From the NCBI GenBank assembly GCA_977020255.1, contig CDROCS010000506.1, forward strand, positions 3,348,001 through 3,412,000: DNA of 64,000 nucleotides, read 5' to 3'. The stretch's first letter is position 1. Each line of letters opens with the position of its first letter. Source of the DNA: Obrimoposthia wandeli. Taxonomy: Eukaryota. The notes under the pieces are model-generated. The model saw only the letters and a program-made list of their open reading frames with translations. It made no database searches and was not told the origin of the DNA. Below, in pieces: positions 33,995-44,527 of this stretch. Made by a program: the position numbers and the translations under genes.

Positions 33995-34022
33995 ATGTTA
34001 AAGATGTTGACGCGGTTGTCAA
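33995..34022 (-). promoter_or_regulatory. Sigma70 promoter for the riboswitch leader
   Basis: TTGACA-N16-TAACAT, predicted start about 12 nt before P1. Confidence 0.7.
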
Positions 34023-34365
34023 TTTTTTTGTGTGGCAGCAATATTCAAAACCCGTAGATAACTCGCGGGTTCGCTGCTGCTATTATTATGTAGGACTACT
34101 ACTTATAGGGCTTTGAGGCTTTTTATCTCGCTAACAAGGTAATACTGAATTATTTTTATACTTTCTTTATATTACTGACTCGGTGGTCAATGTTTGAACA
34201 GTTGCATAATATACTTTATCGTATTATTTTTGCGTGAAAAGTAACGTAATCGTTGCTGATTTACGCTTAGTGGTATGGAAATGTAGAATAAGGGCAGGTA
34301 ATAACAGATGTACTAGAAAAATACTGAGAAATCGGTGTTAACAATAAAGTTAGAAAGCTTAAAAC

Positions 34366-34393
34366 GAAAAATGGCGAGCCGAGGCTCACCATA
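34366..34393 (-). terminator. Intrinsic terminator of phasin gene
   Basis: Minus strand ATGGTGAGCC-TC-GGCTCGCCAT-TTTT. Confidence 0.7.
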
Positions 34394-34474
34394 TCTATTC
34401 ATACTGCTATTAATAGGCAGGTATCAATATCTACATTTAAGATTCAGTGATTACACTGAGTACCTTAATGCGTC

Positions 34475-34825
34475 TTATTTTTTAAGTTCAGCGATTGCTT
34501 TCGTTAATTCGTCAACTTTAGCGTTTAACGCGTCAACTTTAGTGCTATCAACACCAGAGATCTTAGTGAACACTTGGTTTACACGTGTTTCTAAAACGTC
34601 AGTAGAGATTTTTTTGTCAGACAATTTTTCTTTTGCTGTTTCTTCAATCTTAGTGCCTTTAGCAACTAATTCTTCGAATAATGTTGAAGATTTGTCTGAT
34701 ACTTTGTTCGCTTCATCAATGCTTTTACCGTATGCACCAAGACCTGCTAACCAAATATTTTTAGCAATTTCGTCTTTGCTGCTCCAAAGTTTCTTCGCTG
34801 TATCAACTACGTTTAATTGTGTCAT
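34475..34825 (-). CDS. Phasin-family (PHA granule-associated) protein
   Basis: 'AKNIWLAGLGAYGK...LFEELV.KG' resembles PhaF/PhaI-type phasins. Confidence 0.75.
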   Translation of the reverse strand: MTQLNVVDTAKKLWSSKDEIAKNIWLAGLGAYGKSIDEANKVSDKSSTLFEELVAKGTKIEETAKEKLSDKKISTDVLETRVNQVFTKISGVDSTKVDALNAKVDELTKAIAELKK

Positions 34826-35193
34826 GGTTTTATCCTTTCAGGGTGCGTTTCGATTTGTTGAAGCCAGAATAGGGTTTTAAATTAGAAAATGCATACAAAT
34901 TATGGATTAACTTTTATAGAAAAATAAAGATTCATTTAGAATGGATTTTCAGCTTATCTGTGTTTAAATTTAATCGGGACTACTGCAGTAATATGTGGCT
35001 AGGCTGCTGCTACTTTTGTCCGCATTCATTATGGCAAGTTACTAATTGAGCAGCTATCTTTCTATTTATAATCATATATTGTTTTTTATGACCAGTTATG
35101 TTGTTTTAACTAAAATTTAATTATATTCAATATCTCCTTTTTAAGGATGGCGACTATAATCAAGCAGACATAAATTCAATTGAGAGGCTAACC

Positions 35194-35529
35194 GTGGAAT
35201 TTCATATAGTAACTAAAGATGGTTTGGCAATTATTGCTCGCATAAAGCACGAGATTAGCTTTATTCGAGCTTGTAATTACACGCAAGCAAATTTAGATAT
35301 CTTACACACAGCTTCTTTTAATTTAGATTCTGCAGCGGACTTATTACATTACGCTAACGAACTGGCATTAAATAATAATATTGCTGCTGCAGGCGAAAAA
35401 GTGCTGATTGCCAGTGATGCGATCAAACATGTCCAGTCAATGTTATCGCGTCAATTTGATGCTGAGATAGATTGTGGCGAGAAACCTTGGTTCAAGGCAG
35501 TGAAAGAGAGTATTGGTATCTGTGCTTAG
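35194..35529 (+). CDS. Hypothetical helical protein
   Basis: 111-aa ORF, GTG start with GAGG RBS; no motif recognised. Confidence 0.5.
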   Translation: MEFHIVTKDGLAIIARIKHEISFIRACNYTQANLDILHTASFNLDSAADLLHYANELALNNNIAAAGEKVLIASDAIKHVQSMLSRQFDAEIDCGEKPWFKAVKESIGICA

Positions 35530-35733
35530 CAATAATCGACTTAATTTAGACCTAAATTAGATTGTTTTTTCTATTTTTAAATCATGCATTTGAGCTATTC
35601 ATCATAGTTTTAATCAAAAACACCCTGCAATGTAAGTGAATGTAAGCGCCCTCCGTTATTAAGCAATTATTCCATGTTACTGTACCTCGCGTAAGTGAGG
35701 GTAATATAGCTAATAGGGAATAAAGGTTATACG

Positions 35734-36621
35734 ATGGATTTTATGAATGACTACGCTAGACTGCACAAGAACATCATCGATCTTATTGAACAAGACGCCG
35801 AGTATGGTTTTTACATCGTCGACCAAGGCTTAACTTTTACCAGTGTGTTTCAACCTATTTTCGACCGCGAACATAATATCTATGGTGTCGAGGCGCTCGC
35901 CAGAATTTTTGATGCCAATGGCACACCGATTAACCCCCATGATTACTTTGAATCTATCCGCCATGATGACGAGTCCAGCGCAATTGCCACGTTAACGTGT
36001 GCCATTATTCATATGTTAAACTTTTCTTATTCCTGCCATTCCGATAAAAAACTCTTCATTAATGTTACCCCTGTTATATTTGAGATCCTGTCTAATCATG
36101 ACGTTGCGGTTGATACTTTAGTCAGAGGGTTAAAGAAGATCGGCCTATCTCCAGCGCAATTAGTGTATGAAATTATTGAATTTGAAGGGCGTAATCTCGA
36201 GTCGGTATTAAACGGCATCCAGAAACTTGCAGGTTTCGGTATCGAAGTGGCGATTGATGATTATGGTAGTGCTTATTCGACTGAAGAAAGAGTCAGAAGT
36301 GTTAAACCTGATTATTTGAAAATAGATAAAAGTATTGTCGATTTACTGGCGGCATTCAAGTACAGCAAGTTTCATCATGCAGTGAGCCTTGGGCATTTGA
36401 TTAAGGCGCAGACTATTGCTGAAGGCATTGAGACTAAAGAAGTGCTTGAGCGTTGTATAGCATCGGGAGCTGATTATTTTCAGGGTTATTATTTGGCAAG
36501 ACCACAAAGATTAAGTATTTTAGCAAGACCACAAAGATTAGACATTTTGACAAGACCAGAGATATTAGAAAGTGTAGCCAGACCACAAACATTAGAAAGT
36601 GTCGTTAGGCCACAGAAGTAA
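35734..36621 (+). CDS. Stand-alone EAL c-di-GMP phosphodiesterase
   Basis: EAL, FINV, YEIIE, IDDYG, LKIDKS, AEGIE and FQGYYLARP all present. Confidence 0.92.
   Translation: MDFMNDYARLHKNIIDLIEQDAEYGFYIVDQGLTFTSVFQPIFDREHNIYGVEALARIFDANGTPINPHDYFESIRHDDESSAIATLTCAIIHMLNFSYSCHSDKKLFINVTPVIFEILSNHDVAVDTLVRGLKKIGLSPAQLVYEIIEFEGRNLESVLNGIQKLAGFGIEVAIDDYGSAYSTEERVRSVKPDYLKIDKSIVDLLAAFKYSKFHHAVSLGHLIKAQTIAEGIETKEVLERCIASGADYFQGYYLARPQRLSILARPQRLDILTRPEILESVARPQTLESVVRPQK
36493..36621 (+). repeat. In-frame 27-bp tandem repeat x5 at EAL C-terminus
   Basis: LARPQRLSI-LARPQRLDI-LTRPEILES-VARPQTLES-VVRPQK. Confidence 0.9.
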
Positions 36622-36692
36622 TAGTGTTTAGCTAACGTACTGATAGGTGAATGTTGGCCAGCGATGATTGCATTGCTGGCCAACATTGGTTT

Positions 36693-39600
36693 TTACACTT
36701 CTTTATGGCGCTCAGTTAAGCCAAAGTCATCTAAGATGCCGTAGAAGGCTGGTAAGATTAAGATGACCAAGAGGGTTGATGCAAGTAGACCAAAGATCAA
36801 AGCAACAACCAGTGGGATAATGACCTGTGCTTGAATACTTTGCTCAAGTAATATCGGCATCAGACCCGCTGCTGTTGTCGCTGTAGTAATCAAGATTGCG
36901 CGAATACGGTTAGTTGTTGCATGGATAGCTGCTTGCCTAATATCATTACTTTTCTCTAAGTTTTCCTTGATGAACTGCACCAGTAAGATGGAGTTATTGA
37001 CCACGATCCCTGCTAACGATGTAAAGCCTAACATTGACGGCATCGTCAGATCGTAATTCAACATGAAGTGACCCCAGAATACGCCGATAAGCGCGAGTGG
37101 GATAGCTAACATCACTATGATAGGTTCTACATAACTGCGGAACTGAAAGCTTAGGATCGCAAACACAACAAACAAACCTATCGAGAAACTCTTCACCATC
37201 GAATTGCCTGTTTCAGCTGTTGATTCGACTTCACCACCTAAGCGTACTTCAATACCTGGGTATTTCTGTGTCAGTGTCGGCACAAAGTCTTTTTGCATGC
37301 CAGCCATTAGCTCGACGGTATTGGCTTGTTCTTTATCGATATCGCCTTTTAATGACATAGTGCGAATGTTATTAATACGGTTTAACTGACTGACACCACG
37401 GCCCCATTCCACTTTTACAATACTGGCCAGAGGGACTTGGCTACCATCAGCAAGGGTAAACGGGAAGTCTTCATAATAAGCTAGATCAGAACGATATTCT
37501 TCTGCCAATCTCACATCTAGTTCGACATTTTCACTGCCAATTTGTAACTCATCAACCGTGATACCAAAGAACGCGGCGCGCAGTTGCATAGCAATATCTT
37601 GTCCTGTGACGCCAAAGGTTTCAGCTCCGGGTAATAACGACATACGCAGTTCGGGTTTACCATCTCGTAGATTAGTAATGATGTTACTTACGCCGTTAAA
37701 CTGGGCAAGGTATTGCGCGAGTTCATTACCGGCATCTTTTAAAGTTTGAATGTCAGGATGGCTTAATTCAATATCAATCGCACGGCCAGCCGGACCAATA
37801 GCTGGTTCACGGACGATGAGGTTAGTGACCCCAGGAATAATACCAATCTCTTGTTGCAGACTTGTCATGTAATCGGCCATACGTGTATTACGTTTTTCCG
37901 ATGTCAGCAAATCAATAAATATAGTCGCTACATGTTCGCCGCTTTCCCCTGCATCGGGATTTGTACCACTCTGCACCGTAATATATTTGAGTAGTGATTC
38001 ATTATCTGGTTGGTCATTAAACTTGGCACTGGTGACTTTAATATCCTGAGTAATACGAGCCACGACTTTATCGGTTTTTGCTAGCGGTGTGCCAGGTGGC
38101 ATAAGCACGGTTATCTGTACCCAGTCGCCTTCTACTTCAGGAAAGGCTGAAAAGCGTAACATGCCACTTGAGGCTAGAGATATAGTACCGATGAATAAGG
38201 CAATAACACCGGCTGTCACCATATAACGGCGATCGACAACGGTGCCAATGATTTTGGGTAAAATGTTAAACTGAAAATGCTCAAATTTCTTATTGAAACG
38301 GCCTTTAAAGCTGTTTTCTGCCACACGGTCATCGTTATCTTTAACTGACGAGTATAAGTGATGCGGCAAGATTAAAAATGCCTCGACCAAAGACACACTT
38401 AAGGTGATGACTAAGGTTATCGGGATCACTTTCAACACTTCGCCCATGTCACCTTCAAGAAAGGCCAGTGAACCAAAAATAGCGACTGTGGTTAAGAAAG
38501 ACGAAAATACGCCGTTTTTAACGCGGTTAACCCCTTTAACAATACCCGCGAGTTTGTCTTCGGTTTTTGATAATTCATGAGCGACACTTTCGGACAATAC
38601 AATGGCGTCATCCATCAACAAACCAATCGCCACGAGCAGTGCAACCATCGACATGAGGTTTAAGCTAATTCCGACTAATGACAGTACATACATACTGGCA
38701 AGGAAGGACACAGGTAAGCCCATGGCAACCCAAATAGCATAACGCCACGGGAAGAATAACCACATCACTAAGAATACTAAGATGAAACCCTGCCAACCAT
38801 TGGATAGCAGCAGATCAAGACGGTCTTTGGCGACTGATGCCATGTCCTTGGTGAGCGAGAATTCGACACTGTCAGGAGTCTTTAACTTTTCATCAACGAT
38901 AAATTGCTGCACTTCTTCCAACACATTGAGTGAATCATCGGCTTTCGATTTTTTGATATCGAGCATGGTGCCTTGCTTACCATTAACCGTTATTTTCGAC
39001 TCGTCTAATTCAAAACGTTGGGTGATTGTTGCTATGTCTTTTAATTGGATTTTACTGCCATCTTCGTTACTCAATACGATGATTTCGCCGAGTTCACGCG
39101 GCGTATAACGCTGGGCATCGAAACGTAATAATATCGTGCTGCTTGGGGTATTTAAATTACCACTGGGCATCTTCACATTTTGTTTAGCAATTTGGTTTGC
39201 GACATCTTGTACTGACACATTCAATTGGCGGAGCGCGACTAAATCAAGTTCGACACGTAATTGTGGATCCGAGAAACCATTGATCTCAACTTGGGCAATG
39301 CCTTTTAAGCGTTTTAGACGGCGCTTCACATCTTCGGCATAGAGCTTGAGATCTTGTTTGTCCATGTCACTGTAAATCACCAGACTGACCACATCATCAT
39401 AAGTCATCAGTTCTTTGACTATGCTGGTTTCAGCCTCTTCTGGAAATTGGTCAATAGCATCCATTTCGGTTTTAATATCGGCAATGAACGTTGTGCCATT
39501 ACCATCATGACTCATTTCAGCTGTGGTCACTGCGATACCTTCACTGGCACTACAGGTGAGTTTCTTTAGATTGTTAATACCATCAAGGGCATCTTCAATG

Positions 39601-39791
39601 GGTAAACAAATCGCTTGTTCGACATCTTCAGGGCTTGCGCCAGGATAGGGCACGCTGATCTGCGCGATAGTGACGGAAAAGTCGGGGAATGTTTCGCGCT
39701 TCATATCAGGGATAGTGATCGCGCCTAATGCCAGAAACATCACCATGACTAAGTTGGCAGCCGTTGGGTGTTTGGTAAAGAACTTGATCAT
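36693..39791 (-). CDS. RND efflux permease (AcrB family)
   Basis: 1032 aa, 'GLLMDDAIV', 'GIVVNNSILLV', 'RIRAILITT'. Confidence 0.93.
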   Translation of the reverse strand: MIKFFTKHPTAANLVMVMFLALGAITIPDMKRETFPDFSVTIAQISVPYPGASPEDVEQAICLPIEDALDGINNLKKLTCSASEGIAVTTAEMSHDGNGTTFIADIKTEMDAIDQFPEEAETSIVKELMTYDDVVSLVIYSDMDKQDLKLYAEDVKRRLKRLKGIAQVEINGFSDPQLRVELDLVALRQLNVSVQDVANQIAKQNVKMPSGNLNTPSSTILLRFDAQRYTPRELGEIIVLSNEDGSKIQLKDIATITQRFELDESKITVNGKQGTMLDIKKSKADDSLNVLEEVQQFIVDEKLKTPDSVEFSLTKDMASVAKDRLDLLLSNGWQGFILVFLVMWLFFPWRYAIWVAMGLPVSFLASMYVLSLVGISLNLMSMVALLVAIGLLMDDAIVLSESVAHELSKTEDKLAGIVKGVNRVKNGVFSSFLTTVAIFGSLAFLEGDMGEVLKVIPITLVITLSVSLVEAFLILPHHLYSSVKDNDDRVAENSFKGRFNKKFEHFQFNILPKIIGTVVDRRYMVTAGVIALFIGTISLASSGMLRFSAFPEVEGDWVQITVLMPPGTPLAKTDKVVARITQDIKVTSAKFNDQPDNESLLKYITVQSGTNPDAGESGEHVATIFIDLLTSEKRNTRMADYMTSLQQEIGIIPGVTNLIVREPAIGPAGRAIDIELSHPDIQTLKDAGNELAQYLAQFNGVSNIITNLRDGKPELRMSLLPGAETFGVTGQDIAMQLRAAFFGITVDELQIGSENVELDVRLAEEYRSDLAYYEDFPFTLADGSQVPLASIVKVEWGRGVSQLNRINNIRTMSLKGDIDKEQANTVELMAGMQKDFVPTLTQKYPGIEVRLGGEVESTAETGNSMVKSFSIGLFVVFAILSFQFRSYVEPIIVMLAIPLALIGVFWGHFMLNYDLTMPSMLGFTSLAGIVVNNSILLVQFIKENLEKSNDIRQAAIHATTNRIRAILITTATTAAGLMPILLEQSIQAQVIIPLVVALIFGLLASTLLVILILPAFYGILDDFGLTERHKEV

Positions 39792-39793
39792 GA

Positions 39794-41152
39794 TTATTTA
39801 TCCTCTGTCCATACTACTGGCGTCAGCTTTAAGCCATTCGCCACCGGGATAATATCGGATAATACAATTTGCTGACCGGCTTTCAGGACTCTTGTATCCA
39901 GGGCGTTAGCGTTTAGATCTTTGGCTTTAATCGCTGCAACTTGATCGCGGATAAACAGTACTTCAACTTCTTGTAATTGCAGTCTATTATCGTCATCGAC
40001 TAGATATAAGCGGTTGTTATGCAGTGCTTGTAATGGCACGGTTAAGTGCTGCTGCATTTGGCCGTTAACGGTTACTTCAACAAACATACCCGAGATAATA
40101 GGGCTGTCAGTTGGATCGTTACGTTTAATGAATTCAAGGAAATCAAAGTCAGCTTCTACCACTAATCCTGCAGTCCCTAAACGAGCATCAATTTCACCTA
40201 AAATCCGGGTTACTTTACCTTGCCAATGCGTTTCTGATGACGAGTTGCGTAAGGTGATTTGTGCCGTTAAGTTGGCAATGGCAATATCGGGCACAGCATT
40301 GAGGTTATCTAATACATAGCGGTCTTGCTTTAAGCTGTGTATCAAGCGGCTGAGTTGGCTGGTGGGCATTTTTGCTTCGACTTCTAACTTTGATACATCA
40401 TGTGCCAACATCAGGCTAGTACCAACAGACACAAACTGTTGCAGTTCGGCGCTAACATCAATAATACGACCATTAAATGGCATGGTAATAATGGTGTTTT
40501 CTAAATCCAACTGCGCTTGATCAACTTGGCTCTGTGCTTGGGCTATTTGTGCTTCTAGGGCTTTTTGACGCGCTGGTAGTTGGTTTACTTGGGCTTTTAA
40601 ATCATTTAGCTGTAGTTGAGTGTTGTATAGCACGCGTTCTTGTTGTTCTAAACTCGACGCTGATATGGTGCCTTTTTTGTTTAATTTGATATTACGCTGG
40701 TATTCTTTTTCTTCTAAAGCGAGGGTTTTCTTTTCGACTTGGTATGAACGTGTCAGACGTTGTTCTTCAATATCGAGTTTTTCAACTTCAGAGTTTATAT
40801 TGTCTAAGTTAGCTTGTGCGGTGATGAGGTTTAACTGATAAGAAGCGGGGTCAATACGCAGTAGTTCTACGCCTGCATTAATAAAGGTACCACGCTGTAA
40901 ACGTTCATTTTTGTAAATCACTTTACCGCTGACTTCGGTGATCCCTTGCCACTTATTTTTAGCCACAACATTGCCATAACCTTTTACTGCTGGGGCGATA
41001 TACTGCGTTTGTATCTGGCTGACGTAAACGCTTTGTGCTGGCTCAATCACTTCTAATACAACGTCCTTTTTCATGATGGCATTATTGATCGCCATGATAC
41101 CTAACCCTGTTGCAACGCCGATAGGTAGCCACAGTAGTTTAGATTTCTTCAT
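39794..41152 (-). CDS. RND periplasmic adaptor (MFP)
   Basis: 'EVSGKV', coiled coil, 'ITMPFNGRI', adjacent to RND gene. Confidence 0.92.
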   Translation of the reverse strand: MKKSKLLWLPIGVATGLGIMAINNAIMKKDVVLEVIEPAQSVYVSQIQTQYIAPAVKGYGNVVAKNKWQGITEVSGKVIYKNERLQRGTFINAGVELLRIDPASYQLNLITAQANLDNINSEVEKLDIEEQRLTRSYQVEKKTLALEEKEYQRNIKLNKKGTISASSLEQQERVLYNTQLQLNDLKAQVNQLPARQKALEAQIAQAQSQVDQAQLDLENTIITMPFNGRIIDVSAELQQFVSVGTSLMLAHDVSKLEVEAKMPTSQLSRLIHSLKQDRYVLDNLNAVPDIAIANLTAQITLRNSSSETHWQGKVTRILGEIDARLGTAGLVVEADFDFLEFIKRNDPTDSPIISGMFVEVTVNGQMQQHLTVPLQALHNNRLYLVDDDNRLQLQEVEVLFIRDQVAAIKAKDLNANALDTRVLKAGQQIVLSDIIPVANGLKLTPVVWTEDK

Positions 41153-41831
41153 TGTATTGCTCCGTAGTGATTGAGTTGACTAATAAAGTGAAATTTTGTT
41201 GTGCTAGCTGACGGTAAAATTGCGTGTCGATAGCTGTTGTAGTTAATTGTTGGATCAAAGGTTTAAATGCACAAGGGAAGATGCATAAACTGAGCATTTG
41301 TACGGTTAATATTTCCGGGTCAAGCTCGGGTTTTATATCCCCTTTTGTTTGTAATTTGATGAACATGCTTTTAATTAATTTGAAAGATTGTTGTGGGCCT
41401 TCTTGAATGATATGCGCTTTAATTTGCGGATTATCATTGCTGGTCATGTTACGTCTGACGATATTGTGTAAGCTTTTATTTTCTTGCATGGTGGTGTAGT
41501 AAAGCGAAAAAATATCATGTAGGTGCTGTACTTGTGGTTTGGCGACATAACGTTTAAAAATATCTAACATTGGCTGACGGTATTGCGACATGGCAGCGTG
41601 AAATAAACCTTCTTTATTTTGAAAGTAATAACGGATCATCGCTGGAGTGGTGTTGGCTGCCGCAGCCACCTTACGGGTGCTGACTTGGTTATATTCATGT
41701 TTGGCAAAGAGATCAAATGCCACTGTCATTAGATGTTGGCGAATATTGGTGTCGGAAGATTTTGTTGGTCTGCCGATATTACGAACTTCGATTTCGCCGT
41801 TGTTATCATCTTCAGCATCATTGTGATCCAT
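41139..41831 (-). CDS. TetR family regulator
   Basis: 'GRP', 'VSTRKVAAAA.TTPAMIRYYFQNKEGL'; overlaps the MFP start. Confidence 0.9.
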   Translation of the reverse strand: MDHNDAEDDNNGEIEVRNIGRPTKSSDTNIRQHLMTVAFDLFAKHEYNQVSTRKVAAAANTTPAMIRYYFQNKEGLFHAAMSQYRQPMLDIFKRYVAKPQVQHLHDIFSLYYTTMQENKSLHNIVRRNMTSNDNPQIKAHIIQEGPQQSFKLIKSMFIKLQTKGDIKPELDPEILTVQMLSLCIFPCAFKPLIQQLTTTAIDTQFYRQLAQQNFTLLVNSITTEQYNEEI

Positions 41832-41983
41832 GTCTATACCATCATTAATTAATCAATTGGATAATTCTGAACCTGTTTAGCTAAATTATCCAGATGATTA
41901 ATTTTCCATTTTTGCCATTTTGGATAAATTAGGTAATATGAAATATTTAAATGAAACTTAAGCATAAAATAGTGGAGCACAAG

Positions 41984-42517
41984 ATGTCGAATAGCGTTTT
42001 TATAGCAACAAGTTTAGATGGATTTATCGCAGACAAGCAAGGCAGTGTGGATTGGTTACACATGATCCCAAATCCAGATGGTGATGACATGGGTTACGAA
42101 GCATTTGTTGAGCGTATTGATGCCATGGTGATGGGACGTAATACACTAGACATGGTATTAAGTTTTGGCGTTGACTGGCCGTATACAAAACCGGTATTTG
42201 TATTAAGTAATACCTTAACATCGGTACCTGAGGGTTATGAGGATAAAATATTCTTGCTCAAAGGTGACATTAAAGATGTTGTTGAACATATCAATGGCCT
42301 AGGTTTTAAGCGCTTGTATATTGATGGTGGCGTAACTATTCAACAGTTCATGCAATCGGATATGATTGATGAGTTAATTCTTACCACTATCCCTGTTGTA
42401 CTCGGTGGCGGTTCTCGTTTGTTTGGCGATCTTGATGCAGCGGTTAATTTTAAATTGCTTAAAAGCGAAGTGCTTTTAGACACTATTGTACAAAATCAAT
42501 TTGTTCGAGCTCGCTAA
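41984..42517 (+). CDS. Dihydrofolate reductase family (RibD C-terminal-like) protein
   Basis: 'IATSLDGFIA', 'MGRNT', 'YIDGG.TIQ.F', 'IPVVLGGG'; GGAG RBS before MSNS. Confidence 0.88.
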   Translation: MSNSVFIATSLDGFIADKQGSVDWLHMIPNPDGDDMGYEAFVERIDAMVMGRNTLDMVLSFGVDWPYTKPVFVLSNTLTSVPEGYEDKIFLLKGDIKDVVEHINGLGFKRLYIDGGVTIQQFMQSDMIDELILTTIPVVLGGGSRLFGDLDAAVNFKLLKSEVLLDTIVQNQFVRAR

Positions 42518-42594
42518 GCTATATTAGATAGAGCCATATTAGATAGAGCTATATTAAAACCAAATTGAAACAGGAGCTTGGTTACGATCAGTGA

Positions 42595-42957
42595 TTACTG
42601 ATTTAAGCCGAGCTGCTTTTGCAGCGTCTTCGTTAATCCTAATGACACGATGCGATAAGACTCTTTAAGGTAATAGCTTAACTCCTCATCCGTCTCTATT
42701 TTGCTTTCGCAGTGCTGGATCCATTTCATGCCACGGGAAGCAAAGTAGGGGGCTGGTTTATAACCGGCGAGATCACTTAAAAAATCAAAGTTAAGCTCTG
42801 ACGTTTTAAAAGTGAATGCTGGTTGTTTATCTTTGCCTAATCCACCAATTGCAAACACCTTGCCGCCAATCTTCCAAACATGGGCATTGTTCCATTGCAT
42901 GACATAGGTTGTCGCTGATAGTGATCCGCAAAATTTATTGAATTCATCGTAAGTCAT
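42595..42957 (-). CDS. MmcQ/YjbR family protein
   Basis: 'VWKIGGKVFA', 'PAPYFA...KWI', 'ESY..V'. Confidence 0.85.
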   Translation of the reverse strand: MTYDEFNKFCGSLSATTYVMQWNNAHVWKIGGKVFAIGGLGKDKQPAFTFKTSELNFDFLSDLAGYKPAPYFASRGMKWIQHCESKIETDEELSYYLKESYRIVSLGLTKTLQKQLGLNQ

Positions 42958-43161
42958 CGATAATGCCTTGTTGTTAGGTTATAAGTATAGCCGCCACTAC
43001 ACTATACATCATAAACTAACTGGACTCGTTTTTACCAAGTTGTAATCAGATCCAGGTTGTAATGTTGTAGCCACATTCCGCGCTGTACGAGTGAGGTTTT
43101 GTTCTGCTTCAAAGCCGAGTTAATGATCCACAAATCAAGACATATTCTATTGTTGAATCAC

Positions 43162-44526
43162 CTAGCCAATAGCAAGTTTAGTTTCTGCGTAGCGCAGTTT
43201 TTTGGTTCTTGGACTTGCCAGAAAATAGGCGAGTGTTAATGGCCCTAAACGTCCCATAAACATCATGAAAATGATAATGAATTCACCGGATTCGGAGAGA
43301 TTGCCCGTTAAACCACGGGACAAACCGACGGTCCCCAAAGCGGAAACTGCTTCAAACACAATATCAATCATCGGGGCATCCTCACTGAGCAACAGAGCAA
43401 AAATGGCGAGCCAAGTGATGCCTACTGATATCATTGTAAGGGCCAGAGCTTTACTTACTGTGTCTTTCGCAATTTCACGTTTAAATACGTAGACAGACTC
43501 GTCACGGCGTAAATAACTATATGTCGCCATAATCAGTAGCATAAACGTAACGACTTTAATCCCGCTTGCTGTACTCGACGAACCGCCACCAATGAACATT
43601 AATACCAGCATTATCGTTGTCGTTGCATCCTCAAGTTGGTCAATCGCCAAGGTGTTAAAGCCTGCGGTTCGGGGACTGACAGCCTGAAACCAAGAAGCTA
43701 ACCATTTCCCTAGTTCACTGAGTGGCGCTAACGTATTTGGATTATTGTATTCAATCAAATAGATGGCAATAACGGCAAACGCATTGATAAATAGGGTGCC
43801 TGTAATCATCATTCGACTATAAACAGTTAAACGTGACCAGCGTCGATTGCGGCGTAGGTCAGTCCAGACCGAAAATCCAAGACCGCCGATAATGAGTAGC
43901 CCTGTGATCGTCAAGTTAACAACAGGATCGGCGACATAAGGCATCAAGCTATCGGCGCTCAAAGCAAAACCAGCATTGTTAAATGCACTGATGGTATAGA
44001 AGAATCCATGGAATAAGCTAGTCGTCCAGCCCAGTTCTCCACTCCAGTACACCGACAGAATAACCATGCCGACCAGCTCTACGCATAACGAAAAGACTAA
44101 TACCGACTTGGCTGTGGATACTAATGTCGAGGTATCAGTTTGGTTAAAGGCTTCTTTTGCCACTGTGCGTTGTAAAAATCCGATTTTTCCACCCAGTGCA
44201 ATCAAGGTGACAATAGCGAACGTCATTAACCCCAGACCGCCGCATTGAATCAATAGCGCAATAATGGTTTGACCAAATGGCGTGAATGCGGTGCCTGTAT
44301 CGACCACAACGAGACCTGTGACGGTTACCGCCGATGTTGCGGTAAAAAAACTTTGCAACCAAGAGATAGGTGTTAGTGTTGCCATCGGTAATTTCAGTAA
44401 ACAAGTTCCAAGCAGAATCAAGAGTGCAAAACTGCCACTTAAGATCAGCGGTGGTGCACCAAGTAACTTTTTACCCGCTTTGGGCTTACGCTCAATAGGC
44501 GAGATTGAAGGGTGCCATAACACCAT
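43162..44526 (-). CDS. ktrB: Ktr/Trk potassium channel membrane subunit
   Basis: Filter motifs 'SAVTVTGL', 'SAFNNAGF', 'RTAGFN', 'SALGTVGLS'. Confidence 0.92.
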   Translation of the reverse strand: MVLWHPSISPIERKPKAGKKLLGAPPLILSGSFALLILLGTCLLKLPMATLTPISWLQSFFTATSAVTVTGLVVVDTGTAFTPFGQTIIALLIQCGGLGLMTFAIVTLIALGGKIGFLQRTVAKEAFNQTDTSTLVSTAKSVLVFSLCVELVGMVILSVYWSGELGWTTSLFHGFFYTISAFNNAGFALSADSLMPYVADPVVNLTITGLLIIGGLGFSVWTDLRRNRRWSRLTVYSRMMITGTLFINAFAVIAIYLIEYNNPNTLAPLSELGKWLASWFQAVSPRTAGFNTLAIDQLEDATTTIMLVLMFIGGGSSSTASGIKVVTFMLLIMATYSYLRRDESVYVFKREIAKDTVSKALALTMISVGITWLAIFALLLSEDAPMIDIVFEAVSALGTVGLSRGLTGNLSESGEFIIIFMMFMGRLGPLTLAYFLASPRTKKLRYAETKLAIG

Positions 44527-44527
44527 G

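Noticed and set aside
34035-34080. Nested hairpin GCAGCA..AACCCG..CGGGTT..TGCTGC upstream of the purine promoter
   Set aside because: No U-tail in a useful orientation, no match to an RNA family I recognise, and it lies upstream of the predicted transcription start.
42975-43100. Short minus-strand open frame (LGFEAEQNLTRTARNV...)
   Set aside because: No start codon or recognisable family; cannot support a pseudogene call without a search.
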